Source: Podarcis gaigeae
Lineage: Eukaryota
DNA length: 64,000 bases
Assembly: GCA_964106915.2 (NCBI GenBank)
Contig: OZ066915.1
Strand: one strand, 5' to 3'
Positions 52,280 through 64,000 of the stretch are shown here, piece by piece. Both the position numbers and the translations under genes were made by a program. Under the pieces are notes generated by a model that was not told where the DNA came from, searched no databases, and saw nothing but the letters and a program-made list of their open reading frames with translations. How positions within the stretch are numbered: position 1 is the stretch's first letter; the number at the start of each line of letters is the position of its first letter.

Positions 52280-54994
52280 CTGCAGCCAAGCTATAAGTGG
52301 CAGCGAAAGGCTGGGATGACTCTTCCCCCTGCCCTCCAGGCGTCTTCTGGGGAGCTGGCGAGGCCTGCAAGGAGTGCTGCTCCCAATCCACGGGGGCCTT
52401 GCTGCCGGTCTCTTTGGAGAGCTGGTCCTTGCTGCCCTCTTCGCTCTCGAGGGAAGAGAGGCCGGGGCTCTTCCCACAGCTGTCGGTGGAGTGGAGGTGG
52501 AAGGCGCCAAAGACGTCGCAAGAGGCGGCAGAGTTGGTGGAGGCCGGGGTCTCGGTGCCAGCGTCGCCGGAGCCCGGCTCGTCAGACTCCTCCACGGAGT
52601 GGGGCAAGGACGGCTTGCCCGGGAAAGAAGCCGACAGGCACACGGCTGTTTTGGCGAAGCCCGGGTCCTTCAGGAGATCAGCGTCCAGCTCGGCTTCCTC
52701 CTCGGAGGACACGGTGGGCTCAGTGGGCGGGTCGCCAAGGACTTCGTCAGCAGGCAGGGTCTCTGCCTCATCGTCTCCCTTCTCCATGTGGATGCCCAGG
52801 TCCAGCTCGCCGGGCAGGTCCTCCAGGGGGCTCAGGAGCTGGTGGCAGGTCTGCTCCAGTTTCTCCTCCGACTTGGACTCTACCCCGGAGCTGCTGTCAT
52901 AGTCCAGCAGTTCCTCGGGGGTGCTGGTCTCGCTGCTGCTCTTGCCTGCCAAATCAGGTCCGCTTAAAGTGCTGGACTTTGAAGAGGAGCCTCCCCTCTC
53001 TGGGGACTGGCTCGTGGTCAGCACTGTGCTACTCAGCAGCAAGTCTGGGAGCTCGGGGAGCTGGGCGGGAGGCTCCTGCAGCAGCTCAAGGCTCTTTAGG
53101 GGCAGGGTCTGGGGTTTGTGCACCAACACCTGAGCCACACCGCTCGGAGAGAGCTCCCCTGAGAGACGGGGCCGGAAGCCTGGAGCTTCCCCCGCAGGAG
53201 CCTCCTCTCGGTTCAGGTTACCCCCACACATTTCCAGGAGCACTGGATCATCACCGCCACCATCATCCACAGGGCCTCCAATTGCGGGATGTCCACCCAA
53301 ACAACTGCACGGGTCGGTGTGGGCTACAGAAGGCTCTCCAACAAATTCTGTGGGAAGCAAGCTTTCAGGGGTCTGGAGAGAGACTGGGGCCTGGTCCTGA
53401 ACAAACTCACCGATTACAGAAGGTTCTGCTGCATGCGGAGACTCCAGGAGTTCATCTTCGGTATAAATGGTAGCTGTGTGCGGCCTCTCAGCCTGTGGAG
53501 AAGTGACTACTTCCTGTGTTACGTCACCACATTCAGCTGCAAGCTCTAGTGGGCTCCTCCTCAGCCTCACAGTCTCTGCCTCCAGTGGGGCTCTGTCCAC
53601 CTGCCACTCCACCTCTGGGCTACAAGGGAGGCTTAGGACCTCGTCCACTTCATGTTCGGCTGCCCAAGGCTCTGCCATAGTTTCCAGGGGAGGACCTGCC
53701 TGGCTGAATGAGGAGGGCTGCTCTGCTGTGAGGACAGACACCTCCGGTGCCTCTGCTGTCTGTGCCAGATGTTTGGCAGTTTGGGCCTCTTCAAGCAACC
53801 CAAAATGTGGAACCAAGGACCTGGGAGAATGAAATCCTTCTACACAGCTTGGCATGGGGACATCTTCCCCAGTGGACACCTGGGTGCCAGGTGACGAGAG
53901 GTGGCTTATGCCTTCACAAGGCTCTTCCGCCTCAAGCAGCAAGTGTGGCTGCTCAACAGCCACTGGAACATCAAGGCGCGGAAAGACTTGCTCCTCCAAG
54001 TACTCAGAGTCTGTGCCTGCCTGCCTAGTCTGGGAAGATTCCAGCGTTGAAGTTTGGGAAGCAAGCCCCGAATCAACAGGAAGGGATGGTTCGTAAGTGC
54101 AAGCTGCCTGCAAGCCCAGTATTTCGTCACCAGGGACGTTCAGGACCTCAGAGGCGGCCAAATCATGTATCTCGTCATGATACACGTCTTGCGGAGCCAG
54201 AGAGACCCGAGGTGCCTCGAGGACTGCTGGATGCGTCTCAGTGGGAGAGGAAGAGACCGTCCCATCTTGTGGGCTAGACGAAGCCAGAGGCGCCACAAGG
54301 ACCGCTGGATGCATCTCGGTGGGAGAGGAAGAGACTGTCACATCTTCCTGATCAAGCGAGGACAGGGGTGCCTCAAGAGCGGCTGGAGTTAGCACTTTCA
54401 GGCTGGGATATGCAGCCCAGTCTTCCCCTTCCAAGCCCCCTGGCTCCAACTGCTCAGTCGCCACTGCTTCCACCCTGCAGGTCTCAGACACTGCCTCTTG
54501 GGAGTCTAGCAAGGAAACAGTCTCTACCTCTGCTGCAGGGTCTAATTGCTCTATGGGCCCTGCCTCCTCTATGGAGATGCTTTCTGCTTCACCAGTGACC
54601 ACCATAGCATGCCCTTCCTTGGCCTTCTGGACCTTCTTTGGAGAGGGGGCCTGCTCTTGGCTAGGAAGGGCATCTTTCTTGGGGGGCTTCTTGCCTGGAC
54701 TGCCCCCGGCAGGAGAAGCCTTGGAAGCAGAGGCAGCAGCTCTTTGTGGCGTGGGTGGATGCGAAGTCCCACCAGCCGCCTTGGCAGGAGTTCTGGGCTT
54801 AGTGGACTCCGAGAACTTCTTCGAGGAAAGCTTGGTATTCGGAAGGGCGGCCGCATTCCTTTGCCCGAGGTTTTGCTCGGACTGAGACTTCGAGCTCGGG
54901 AGTTTGGGGTGCCTGGAGGGGGCGGGCGGCATCTTCACAGCAGGGTTTGATCTTGAAGGCTTGGCCTTTGAGGTCGCGACAGCTCTGGAAGCAT
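52280..54994 (-). CDS. PRR36: PRR36-family protein, large 2715-nt exon (disordered, acidic; SSTLSGPDLAGKSSSETSTPEEL motif)
   Basis: Long ORF; acceptor ttccag|at and donor g|gtaacg, both phase 1; conserved PRR36 motif present. Confidence 0.85.
54180..54387 (-). repeat. Coding 78-bp (26-aa) tandem repeat, about 2.6 copies
   Basis: PAALEAPLSSLDQEDVTVSSSPTEMH / PAVLVAPLASSSPQDGTVSSSPTETH / PAVLEAPRVSLAPQDV; gctgg anchors at 54226, 54304 and 54382. Confidence 0.85.
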
Positions 54995-56086
54995 CTGGAA
55001 TGAGAAATAGTATTTTAAGTCCATTGCAGTGATTGCCAAAGCTGAGCCTCTCGCAACGTGCGTCAATGCATGCTGGAAGATTTAAGCAGCCGAAGGTCTG
55101 ATTCTCATGACAGCTGCAATTCTGCTCCAAAGCCATAAACATTTACCCATTTTATACCTGCCACCTGGTTTCAAACCAAACAACATAAAAGCCACAGTAC
55201 CATCAACTAGGAATGCTTCGCTATGCACCACCCCCTACCCTAAAGGGATCTCCAACTGCTGCATCCCTTTGCCTTATGGAGCCAGAATTTGGGTCACCTC
55301 ACACCCTCTTTGAAATGAGGCACCATTAGCTATAGTTTAATGCAGATATGCAATGCAGGATTCCCCATCTGATGTTGAACTGCAACTCCCACCATGTTGG
55401 ATCACTGGTCGTGCTGCCTAGTGCCAATGGGAGTTGAAGTGCAACAACCTCTGGAGGGCACCAGGTTGATGAAGGCTGGTGGAATGTATAGTCCCCCAAC
55501 TAAGGTGGCAGCTCTCACTCTCAGAAAGTCCCTAACTAAAATCTCACTTCTACTACGAACTCACTAGGTGGGCTTCAGCAAGCAGCTTTCACCTGGAGGC
55601 ATGCAACATGGAAATGCCAACCTATCTTCAGAGGATTGAAACTAGATACGGTTACGCGGGTTTCTTGACGTATAGAAGTGCTATATAAATGTCTCAATTT
55701 CCAGAGGGGCAGCTGTGTTAGTCTGATGCAGCAAAAGTGATGACACGTACTTGTCCCATGCCTAAAAAACACGGGTCTGAGCAGTTTCCTCTCTTTAGCT
55801 TGGAATAGGAACAAATTGCACCGAAAGAGCTAAAGAGGGGTTTTCCCCGGGTTAACAAAGCAGGACAAGGGGAAGTGTGGAAAAGCCCATAGACTTGAGC
55901 CTACTTCATGAGATGCATGTATGCTGTGTACTCTTGTGAAGATTTCCTCATTTCCTTGTTACCACCCCCCCAACTATACATATCCAAGATTCCACAGAAT
56001 GTGGAACTTTTCCCTTTTTGCATTATGCTGTGGAAGGCTCAGAACTTCCCATAAGCCACATAGGACATACGCATCTTCACATATAC

Positions 56087-56253
56087 CTCTTTGTGTAGCC
56101 GGACTGCTTTTCTGCTGTGCTACTACAGCTTGACCAGCAGCTGGCACTGCCTGCTTAGGTTTCCCCACACCTTTGCCGTTGGCTGCAGTGCTACTGGCTG
56201 GTGGTCTGTTTAGGGCTGATGCAGTTGAATTCTTGGTCCCTGGCAACCAAGTT
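56087..56253 (-). CDS. PRR36: PRR36-family protein, coding exon 3 (TWLPGTKNSTAS...PATQR)
   Basis: tttcag|a ... g|gtatat; 167 nt, phase 2 to 1, consistent with neighbours. Confidence 0.75.
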
Positions 56254-57812
56254 CTGAAACAGAAAGCAACAAGATTATGCAGGGGAGAGAGACTGTAGCT
56301 CAAGCCTTTCGAACACACAGAGGCCATTCGTGCCAGCATGCTGGTGCTTTGGCACAAATGCCAGCACTTCCAAGTCTTTGGCAATTAGTGGTGACCAGAG
56401 TGGCAAGGTTATCCCTGACAAATGCCAGCCGTCAAGAGAAGTGCTCCAGTGAGAAAGCTATAAAAAATAGATTACAAAAATCAGATCACTTCCTCCATTC
56501 TAGCCGCTCCTTGGGCCTGAAGCAGCTTCAGATCCTCAAAGCAAGTGGGGCGGGGGGGGGGGAGGAAACATAAAATTAGCTGTGCTTCTCATTCCTCCAC
56601 TTGTTTACAACATGCAAATCAGAGCCCTGGGGAAATGCAGAACCTTCCTGGAGAATATCCCCACCCCTGACTCTCCAGGCCTTGCCTCCAGTCATTTCCA
56701 AGATTAAAAGAGGAAATGCATAAAAGCAAATTAAAAGTAGGTAAATTTACCACTACAACTGCTATTTCTCTGCCCACTGCTTTCTTTTTGGTACACCGTA
56801 CAGACTGCCCCAAAGGAAGTCGACAGGGCAAAATTCTGCCTGTAGATTTGCCTTAAGAGGACCACTCATTTCTGAAGAGCTGGCAGAGTGAAGATGATTA
56901 AACTGATTCCTTTTTTGTAAAGTGTGGCACATCACCAAAACTGGTATTTACTCTAGGCAGAGCAGCCTCTGCAGTACTTGCCAGCACAGTTCAAAATACT
57001 GCTTCAGTAACCATCGCTTTTAGCCGAGAACTGCCTGCTCCAGTGAGCAGTGGGAGAAGCACTGTACACAAGGCGATTGTGGGCCACATTTTCCTTAATC
57101 AGAATGAAAACTACACTTCGGTCGAGTTGGTTCAGGTGCTGCACTGTTACTAAGTGCACCCTATTCAGAGACTGCAGAGGTAGGACTCACAGCAGATCCA
57201 CAAAAACAGTACATGTGGTCATCTATGGGATGCATCATTAAGTGGGAGGTGCACGTTTTTTGTCATTGCTATGGTGGTGTTCAAGAAGCTGGCAGCCCCC
57301 CCACCAATCACTCATCTCATCACAGACCCACATCCCACTGTCCTCTGCACCTCTGTTCTCTTACTTCCTTCTAACAGAAGCAGGGCTGCATCTACTCACT
57401 AGGACACGAGTCCTTTGGGCCCTTCAATGTTGCTGAACTACAACTCCCATCAGGCCCAGCGAGCATGGCCAATGGTCAGGGATGATGGGAGTTGTAGTTC
57501 AGCAACGTCCAGAGGGCCAAAGGTTCCCCAAACCTGCACTAGGATGACAAATAGCCACTGTGGTGCCAGTGGACAGTGCTGGACTCAGGTCAGTCACCCA
57601 CTCAGCCTGGCCTGCCTCCTAGGACTGCTCCTGGGACAAAAGTACATGCTTTTCACGTACTGTATTAGGTACCATACCCAGCATCTCCAGGCAGGGCTGG
57701 GAAAGATCCCTCCCTGCGACCCTGAACTGATGCTGCCAGTCAGTGTTGGCAATGCTGAGGTGAATGGACCAGCGGTCTGACTCACAGCTCCCTGTGCTCC
57801 TCCGTTCCATAC

Positions 57813-57867
57813 CTGGGGGGCTTTGTCTGTTCGGGTTTCTTGACTTTCGTGGAAGTTGCCTTTGGTG
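57813..57867 (-). CDS. PRR36: PRR36-family protein, coding exon 2 ((A)PKATSTKVKKPEQTKPP(R))
   Basis: ctgtag|ca ... ag|gtatgg; 55 nt, phase 1 to 2, bridging the flanking exons exactly. Confidence 0.72.
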
Positions 57868-58382
57868 CTACAGAAAGAGCAAAGAAGATACTTGCCTTAA
57901 GTAAACAGCTGATTAAAGCACAGAACAAACGATCAGAAGACCCTAGCTGGATAAGCATGAAAGAGCTATCAAGTCACCAGTAGAACAGGGAAGGCTCCTG
58001 GAACCTCATTTCTCTACCAGGTTTGAGTACATGGTGAGTGATTAGCACAGCAAGGCCTGTGCACATATTTGCAAGGTATACAAGTGGAAACCTAGAAAAA
58101 ACCACATTACTAGGGGGTTTTAGGTGGGGGGCAGGGAGGAAGGACCCTTCAGTTAGCAGCAAAGTTCCATGTTGTTCCCAAAATTTGGCCCAATTTGGAG
58201 AGGGAGGGTATATGGGAAGTTACCATTGAGTTAAGCTGTGCTTGAGAGAACCTGGCCCAGATCACAGCCTTCTCTAGACAAGCATGCCTAGGAACAAACC
58301 TCAAAGGTGCCATGCAATGTCTTAAGGGGCTTAGCACAGCTTTAATAACCCCCTGCTGAAGAGTTAGGCTGGCAATCCATAC

Positions 58383-58803
58383 CTGAAGCCGTCACCTGCG
58401 TTTCCACTTTTGTGGGTTTCTGCTGTACCTCCTTCTCCTGACCGATCCTTTCTGAAGTCTTGGGCCCGCTGGGTCTGTCCCCTATGACCTTTTTCACTGC
58501 CCCCTTAGCAGACAAGTTGGTGGCAGCACTGGCCTTGGCCACTGGCTGCTTCGTCTGCAACACGGGGGGCTTCCTGGCTGCTCCATTGCTGAGCATTCTG
58601 GGGGCGCCGCAAGGAACTGTAGGAGGACGACTTGTAGTGGCTCCTGGCTGCTTCCTGCCAGGGACCTGAACTGGAGCCCGAGGGCTCCTGCTGGGTGTCT
58701 GCTTTGCTGCAGGTGGACAGGCAGCCCGGGCTCCTTTACTGGCCGTTGCCACGCCATTCAGCCGTGGAGCTGGGTCTCCGCCAGCAGCGCCATTGTCATC
58801 CAT
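58383..58803 (-). CDS. PRR36: PRR36-family protein, first coding exon (MDDNGAAGG...; basic, Pro/Ala-rich)
   Basis: aagATGG Kozak; in-frame upstream TAG; acceptor tttttcag at 58888-58889; donor g|gtatgg, phase 1. Confidence 0.75.
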
Positions 58804-61800
58804 CTTCGCACCGACTGGCACTGGGCAGGCTATCTGTATCTCTCTGAACCGCTAAGCCAGGTGCAGGGCTCCGTTTTCACCTGCGACCTGAAAAAGAGGA
58901 CCACCAACACTTTGTGTGGAACCCCACCCCAGTGAAGCTCTGCGGGGATTGTGTGTAGTATTGCAGATGACTCACATCCCATTAGTTCAGCAAGCTGAAC
59001 CTAGCTGCTTCGGATGCAAAAAGCCAGCACTGACTATATACACAAAAGCATTCATATGCAGACATCTAGTCACATGAAACTATCTGCAGCTTGTTGCCAA
59101 AAGCTTTCAGAGAGGTGGATTCTACGTTGGTGGACTGCAAAGAAAAGCATGAAAACCCACGCAGCACGAAACTAATTTTCTAGGGATGCCAAAGTCATAG
59201 TGGCAGCTGCCACATGTTGGAGTCTTACTGGTAAGTCAGATCAGTTAAGCAACAGTTGCGTTGCTAGGATCCACCTTAGAGTCACAAGGCCAATGTTGTG
59301 TTGTTCATTAGATTGGCCCTATTTCTGCCACTGTGCAGTCCCCTTTGTAGAGCAAAGTGACAAATCAGGAACACTGCCGCCCAGAGAGCAGTATTTGCCC
59401 ATGGCTGGCAACTATTTTAGCAGCCTACTTTGCAACTCCCAGCAAAAAAAGAAAAGAAGAAAGCGTTCCATCAAAACCACAGAGCACTCAAGCTTGGGGT
59501 GGTGAGAAAGAAAACCAAATCCACCAGCAGAAGGAGAACCTGATATTCCTCTCCATGCTCTGCTCCCTATGCCTGCCCAACTGACTTATCGGTGGAAGAG
59601 CAGCTGGCAGGGACAGGCCAAGACAGAGTAGAACTTGAAAGGAGGACCCTTCCCAGATGGCATCCAATGGACTGTCAAGGCATTTAAAAGATCACTACAA
59701 AATTTACAACCACTACTGTAGCTGAAATTTATATTCAACAATAAATCCTACGCCGCAAAACCAAGGCAGCTCAGAGCCATACTATTAGATAATTAGATCT
59801 CCTATCGAAACCCTTTTCAGTATGACCAAAGAGAGGAAGTTATTTTAAACATGTCTTAGCTTTGGAGGTTGGGGTTTTTTTTAAAAAAGGGATTTGTTGA
59901 GGAGAGCTCAATTCCTGCCTCTAAACTGAGGAGAGACTCAAAACTTTACAGGGAAAGTTGAAGTGCCTCTGAGACAAGGTGAACAGCAAAACAGAAGATG
60001 CAAATTTGTTTCAGCCAAATGCCTCACTCTTACACACACTTGCTTGGAGCCTATTTAAAATGCAAGGTTTATCCACATTGATTACCCAGGATTGGCACGT
60101 AGCATACAAAAGAGCAGAAGGCCTTATGCAACTGCCATGCACTGAATCTTGGGCTGATTTTACGAGAGCAGCCTCTGCCTACAAATCAGCCCCTGCCAGC
60201 ACAGCACGCTGGCTGAAGCCGAAAGCAACTGGAGGGCACCGAGTCGGGAGAGTTCCCCTTATGAGAACCTTGGGTGCCCCTGATGCAGTTTGCACAGCAG
60301 GCTTGGAACCAACCAAGCCTTGTTGCCAGTGGTAATTTTGCACCCAGGCAGAAGTGTGATGAACTGTGGCTGCAGAGGCTACAAATGATAGCACTCCTCT
60401 CCAGGGGAGAGGGCAGAGGACGGGGGGGGGGGGGCTGTCAAGCCATGTGGTCCAAAGTTGACACTACCAATGATCTATTTTCCTGTGCAGGAAGTGAAAG
60501 ACTAACTGGCCCTTGGCAGCCTCTGCACAGACTTCCCAGGCAATAAGTGTCACAGAATACTTTGCCCGCTGCCCATGAGCTGACAGAGCTGACTTAGATA
60601 GGTCTCAAGTCACCCACTGACTTGGGAGGCTCTTCCACCTATCTCCTAGGGCACTCAGTGGTCCACCAGCAGATCACATTACCTTCTGCCCACTCTAGAG
60701 AAGCCATATGCAGAAAGCTTCAGTGACTGCTGACAGCTATTAGATCACAAAGGCAGTTCCCAGGGTCATTTCCATTCTGCTCTTAGAGCACAAGGCAATG
60801 AGGGAGCTATGGGTAGAGTCTTCACCCATATTTGCTTATTCAGCTGGTTGTTTTAAAGCCCTAACTGAACATCCGGGACATTTAGCCACTCCTATGCTGA
60901 AAAGAATGGTTAACTTTTAACCCATTGTTTGATGTGGGAGAGAAAGATGCAGAAACAGCACCATATTTGCAAAAAGCACATTTGTTCAATGCAACAAGAA
61001 TGAACTTTATGGGACCAACCCCTTAAGTCACACTTGACACAGCACCTCTCCATGTAAATAACCTTCCCAGTCAATATCAGCTATTGCCAAACAGTTCTGA
61101 TAGGAAACTTTTGCCCTCCCACCCTGTTATTATCTTAAGAGGTCATTTTGTTTTAATACTGTACTTTGGTTTCTCCTGACCTTCTTGTCTCCTGCATGGT
61201 CAAGTTTCAGTTTCACTTTCTGCTTGCTAAAAGTGTGTACCCTCCAAATTCCCTTATATCAACTTGACATTTTAAAACCCAGCAGAGCTAAGTGTTGTTC
61301 ATGCTACGGTTGAACTCTTTGAAATCTCTCTTACACACACCCTGCCCCAAATTGTATTTACACTTTTCCCCCACCCTTCTACTGCCCACCATGAGTACCT
61401 TTCAGTTGTCTCAAATATCTTGTTTGGTTGTTTATAACCCACCGCAACATCCTGGCATGTTTATAATTCTGCATCACCCAAAGCTGCAAAGCATATGTTT
61501 CAGTCCACATCTGAGCCCAAGGCAGGCCCATGGGAAAACCTGCTTCTTTTCTAGCCCTTGAATGCTGCTGCACATTCTCTCAAACTTTCCAGCTACATTA
61601 GACACTCAACCCTCCCCCCTCTGCTCTTTCCTTGAAGCCATAAGAAGTGCCAGGGAGCTGCAGCCCCTCCACCCCCATCACACCTGCCCCCAAAGCAAGA
61701 GAGTTAGATCATTCCAACAGTCACCCATTCACCTTTGGCTTTTTGTTTGTTCCAATTATTGTCCCAGGAGGAAGAGCTCTGCTAGCAAGCCTATAATTTC

Positions 61801-61995
61801 TCTTCTGGTTTTGGAGATGGCCATTACGTTCCCCAGCTACAACCTTGCCGATCCGCTTTAATTACACAAAGTAAGTACCAGGGAGAGAGATCTAGAAGCA
61901 TCAGTGTGCAAAGACACAGTTACCTCTAATTAGCTACCCCAAGCCATTGTCTTCCCCCCAACACAATCATCCATGACTTCTGCTTCCTGTTAGGT

Positions 61996-62339
61996 TAGGT
62001 AAAGGGACCCCTGACCATTAGGTCCACTCGTGGCCGACTCTGGGGTTGCGGCGCTCATCTCGCTTTATTGGCCGAGGGAGCCGGCGTACAGCTTCCGGGT
62101 CATGAGGCCAGCATGACTAAGCCACTTCTGGCGAGCAGTGCACGGAAACGCCGTTTACCTTCCCGCCAGAGCGGTACCTATTTATCTACTTGCACTATGA
62201 CATGCTTTCGAACTGCTAGGTTGGCAGGAGCTGGGACCGAGCAACGGGTGCTCACCCCATTGTGGGGATTCGAACCGCCGACCTTCTGATCGGCAAGTCC
62301 TAGGCTTTGTGGTTTAACCCACAGCGCCACCCACGTCCC
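61996..62339 (-). mobile_element. Sauria SINE (lacertid POM-type), full length
   Basis: 5' GGGACGTGGGTGGCGCTGTGGGTTAAACC, B-box GGTTCGAATCCC, 3' ACCTTTACCT tail; TSD (cc)tgttaggt on both sides. Confidence 0.92.
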
Positions 62340-62603
62340 TGTTAGGTAGGTGATTAGATTAACAGACATCTCTCCCATTTAAAAACTCACTGATTTGATG
62401 CATACTCCCCAAACTTATTTCCATCTTATAATTGAACTTTACCTCACCAGTGATTTTCCTTATTCTTCAGTGTTCGTGCACTGCCCTTCCTTTGCACACT
62501 TCTGTAGCAACATCCTTTCACTAGCAGATGGTCAGTATACCTTGCCCTAAAAGGTTTTATTCATTCATCTCAATCCCAAAAAGGCTTTGCCTTTCCTCTA
62601 GAG

Positions 62604-62848
62604 CAGGGTTCAGCAAGCTTTCAGCAGGGGGCCGGTCCACTGTCCCTTAGACCTTGTGGGGGGCTGGACTATATTTTGGAAAAAATGAATGAATTCCTAT
62701 GCCCCACAAATAACCCAGAGATGCATTTTAAATAAAATCACACATTCTACTCACGTAAAAACACACTGATTCCTGGACTGTCTGCAGCCTGGATTTAGAA
62801 GGCAATTGGGCCGGATCCGGCCCTCAGGCCTTAGTTTGCCTACCCATG
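62604..62848. mobile_element. hAT (Charlie-like) MITE
   Basis: Imperfect TIRs; 8-bp TSD ctctagag / ctctagac, fitting the nTCTAGAn preference; paralog at 9836-10077. Confidence 0.85.
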
Positions 62849-63621
62849 CTCTAGACTAGCCCATTTCTGCATCTCTCAGCCATCCATCTAAAAGTCACTA
62901 GGTCACCTGGATTCCCCACCCCCATTTTTTTTTACTTTATTTCCTGTGGGATTTTTCCTGGAAGGGTAGCCTCTTTCCTAGAGAGGAGCTAATCCAAGGG
63001 GGGGGGAGGCTATTTCTGTTGAGTACAAAGCCTTAATACAAACTTTTTTTCTCCATTTTAGAGACAGCCTCCTTTACGTGTATACTGTGATGGAGGGGGA
63101 GAAAGGAACCCCTTTGTCCACTGTCAACTACATGGGACCCTATGAATGGTGAGATAGTTGACATTTGTTCTTCCAATAACCAGCTGAGAGAGATTTGGTT
63201 CAGTTTGCCTTTCCTGCAAAAAGGCAGCCTCAATTTCATTTTATCTTTTAAATGGATTCATCCAGCAATACCAGGGAAAGCCTCACAAAGAAGCACAGGG
63301 TGGGGCTGTGTGTTCATACGAGATGGTAGCTCATCACCACTGCAAATCCCTCCCTTAACAAAGGAAAGGGCCTGCACATCTTAGGAATTGGTCCCTCCTG
63401 GTTTCATGCGAGACTTTTTAGGGATGGGAGCCACTTCCCCCTGTGGCCCCTGACATTATGGAGGTTTTGTGTTTTTGTTTGTTTATATATAATATAAACC
63501 TCCCTTTTTCAGTACCGACGCTTTTAGTGCACTTGTAGCCTTAGCTCGCTTCAATCAGCTTGCTGGAAAAAAATCCTTTCACATCACACCTTTTTTAAAA
63601 AGGAAAAAATGCCCTGCTTAC

Positions 63622-64000
63622 TGCACCCAGAGAAAGTGCAACAAGAATAGCCACCAACGGGTACAGCAAATACAGTGTGCAGCTCCCCTCTCCGAGGGTG
63701 ACGAGTTGGTCGGAGGGGGAGAGCGGACGGGGCTAACAGGCTAACACAGCAGATTCTGCCCCGAAGGCTTCACGAAGCCCAGAGATGAGCCTGGCATCCA
63801 GCTCCCAGTCTTCCCTTTGGCCGGGAGGATCCATTCAAAAACTGCCCAGCCTAACAAAAAAGCCAACACCCCGCCCCGCCCCTCCAGATCAGGGCTGTTC
63901 GCTCGGTCCGCTTTGCACCTGCCGGCGCCATGTGCACGGGAGCCCCACACGCCCCCCCCCGCTTCCCCCAAATAAGCTGACCCCCAGCACGTGGGAAACC
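63622..64000 (-). promoter_or_regulatory. Edge of a CpG island; probable promoter or non-coding first exon of the PRR36-family gene
   Basis: CpG/GC rises at the window end; GC boxes (ccgccccgccc); candidate minus-strand donor gca|gtaagc at 63621. Confidence 0.45.

Noticed and set aside
52133-53473. 446-aa plus-strand ORF opposite the large PRR36 exon
   Set aside because: Antisense shadow of a GC-rich coding exon; no recognisable protein features or splice structure.
55705-55920. Second Penelope-like remnant with a possible hammerhead
   Set aside because: The core is degenerate (CUCAUGA, no GAAA), so it is not a credible ribozyme.

Overview
Vertebrate genomic DNA, almost certainly from a lacertid lizard (it carries a Sauria/POM-type SINE, Squam3-type SINEs, and squamate CR1, L2, Penelope and MITE repeats). 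Three spliced protein-coding genes can be rebuilt with GT-AG junctions and matching phases. (1) PRKACA (PKA catalytic alpha), + strand: coding exons 2-10 at 15244-27331, polyA signal at 29443; the canonical C-alpha1 first exon is not in the window. (2) SAMD1, + strand: 5 exons at 34872-41566, 494 aa, starting in a CpG island. (3) A PRR36-family (DUF4596-type, BTBD8/KIAA1107-related) gene, - strand: 5 coding exons at 58803-49701, about 1256 aa. There is a 135-nt assembly gap and no prokaryotic or CRISPR feature. I found no clear-cut new multi-gene system. The best leads are: a candidate short alternative first exon of PRKACA (M-D-|V-KEFL) in a mini CpG island; an intact minimal hammerhead ribozyme in a TSD-flanked Penelope insertion in PRKACA intron 4; a lizard PRR36 that appears to keep APache/KIAA1107-like blocks and has C-terminal LIR-like motifs; and a paired V123I/Q181E substitution near the PKA ATP site. 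All homology statements are from recall, not database searches.
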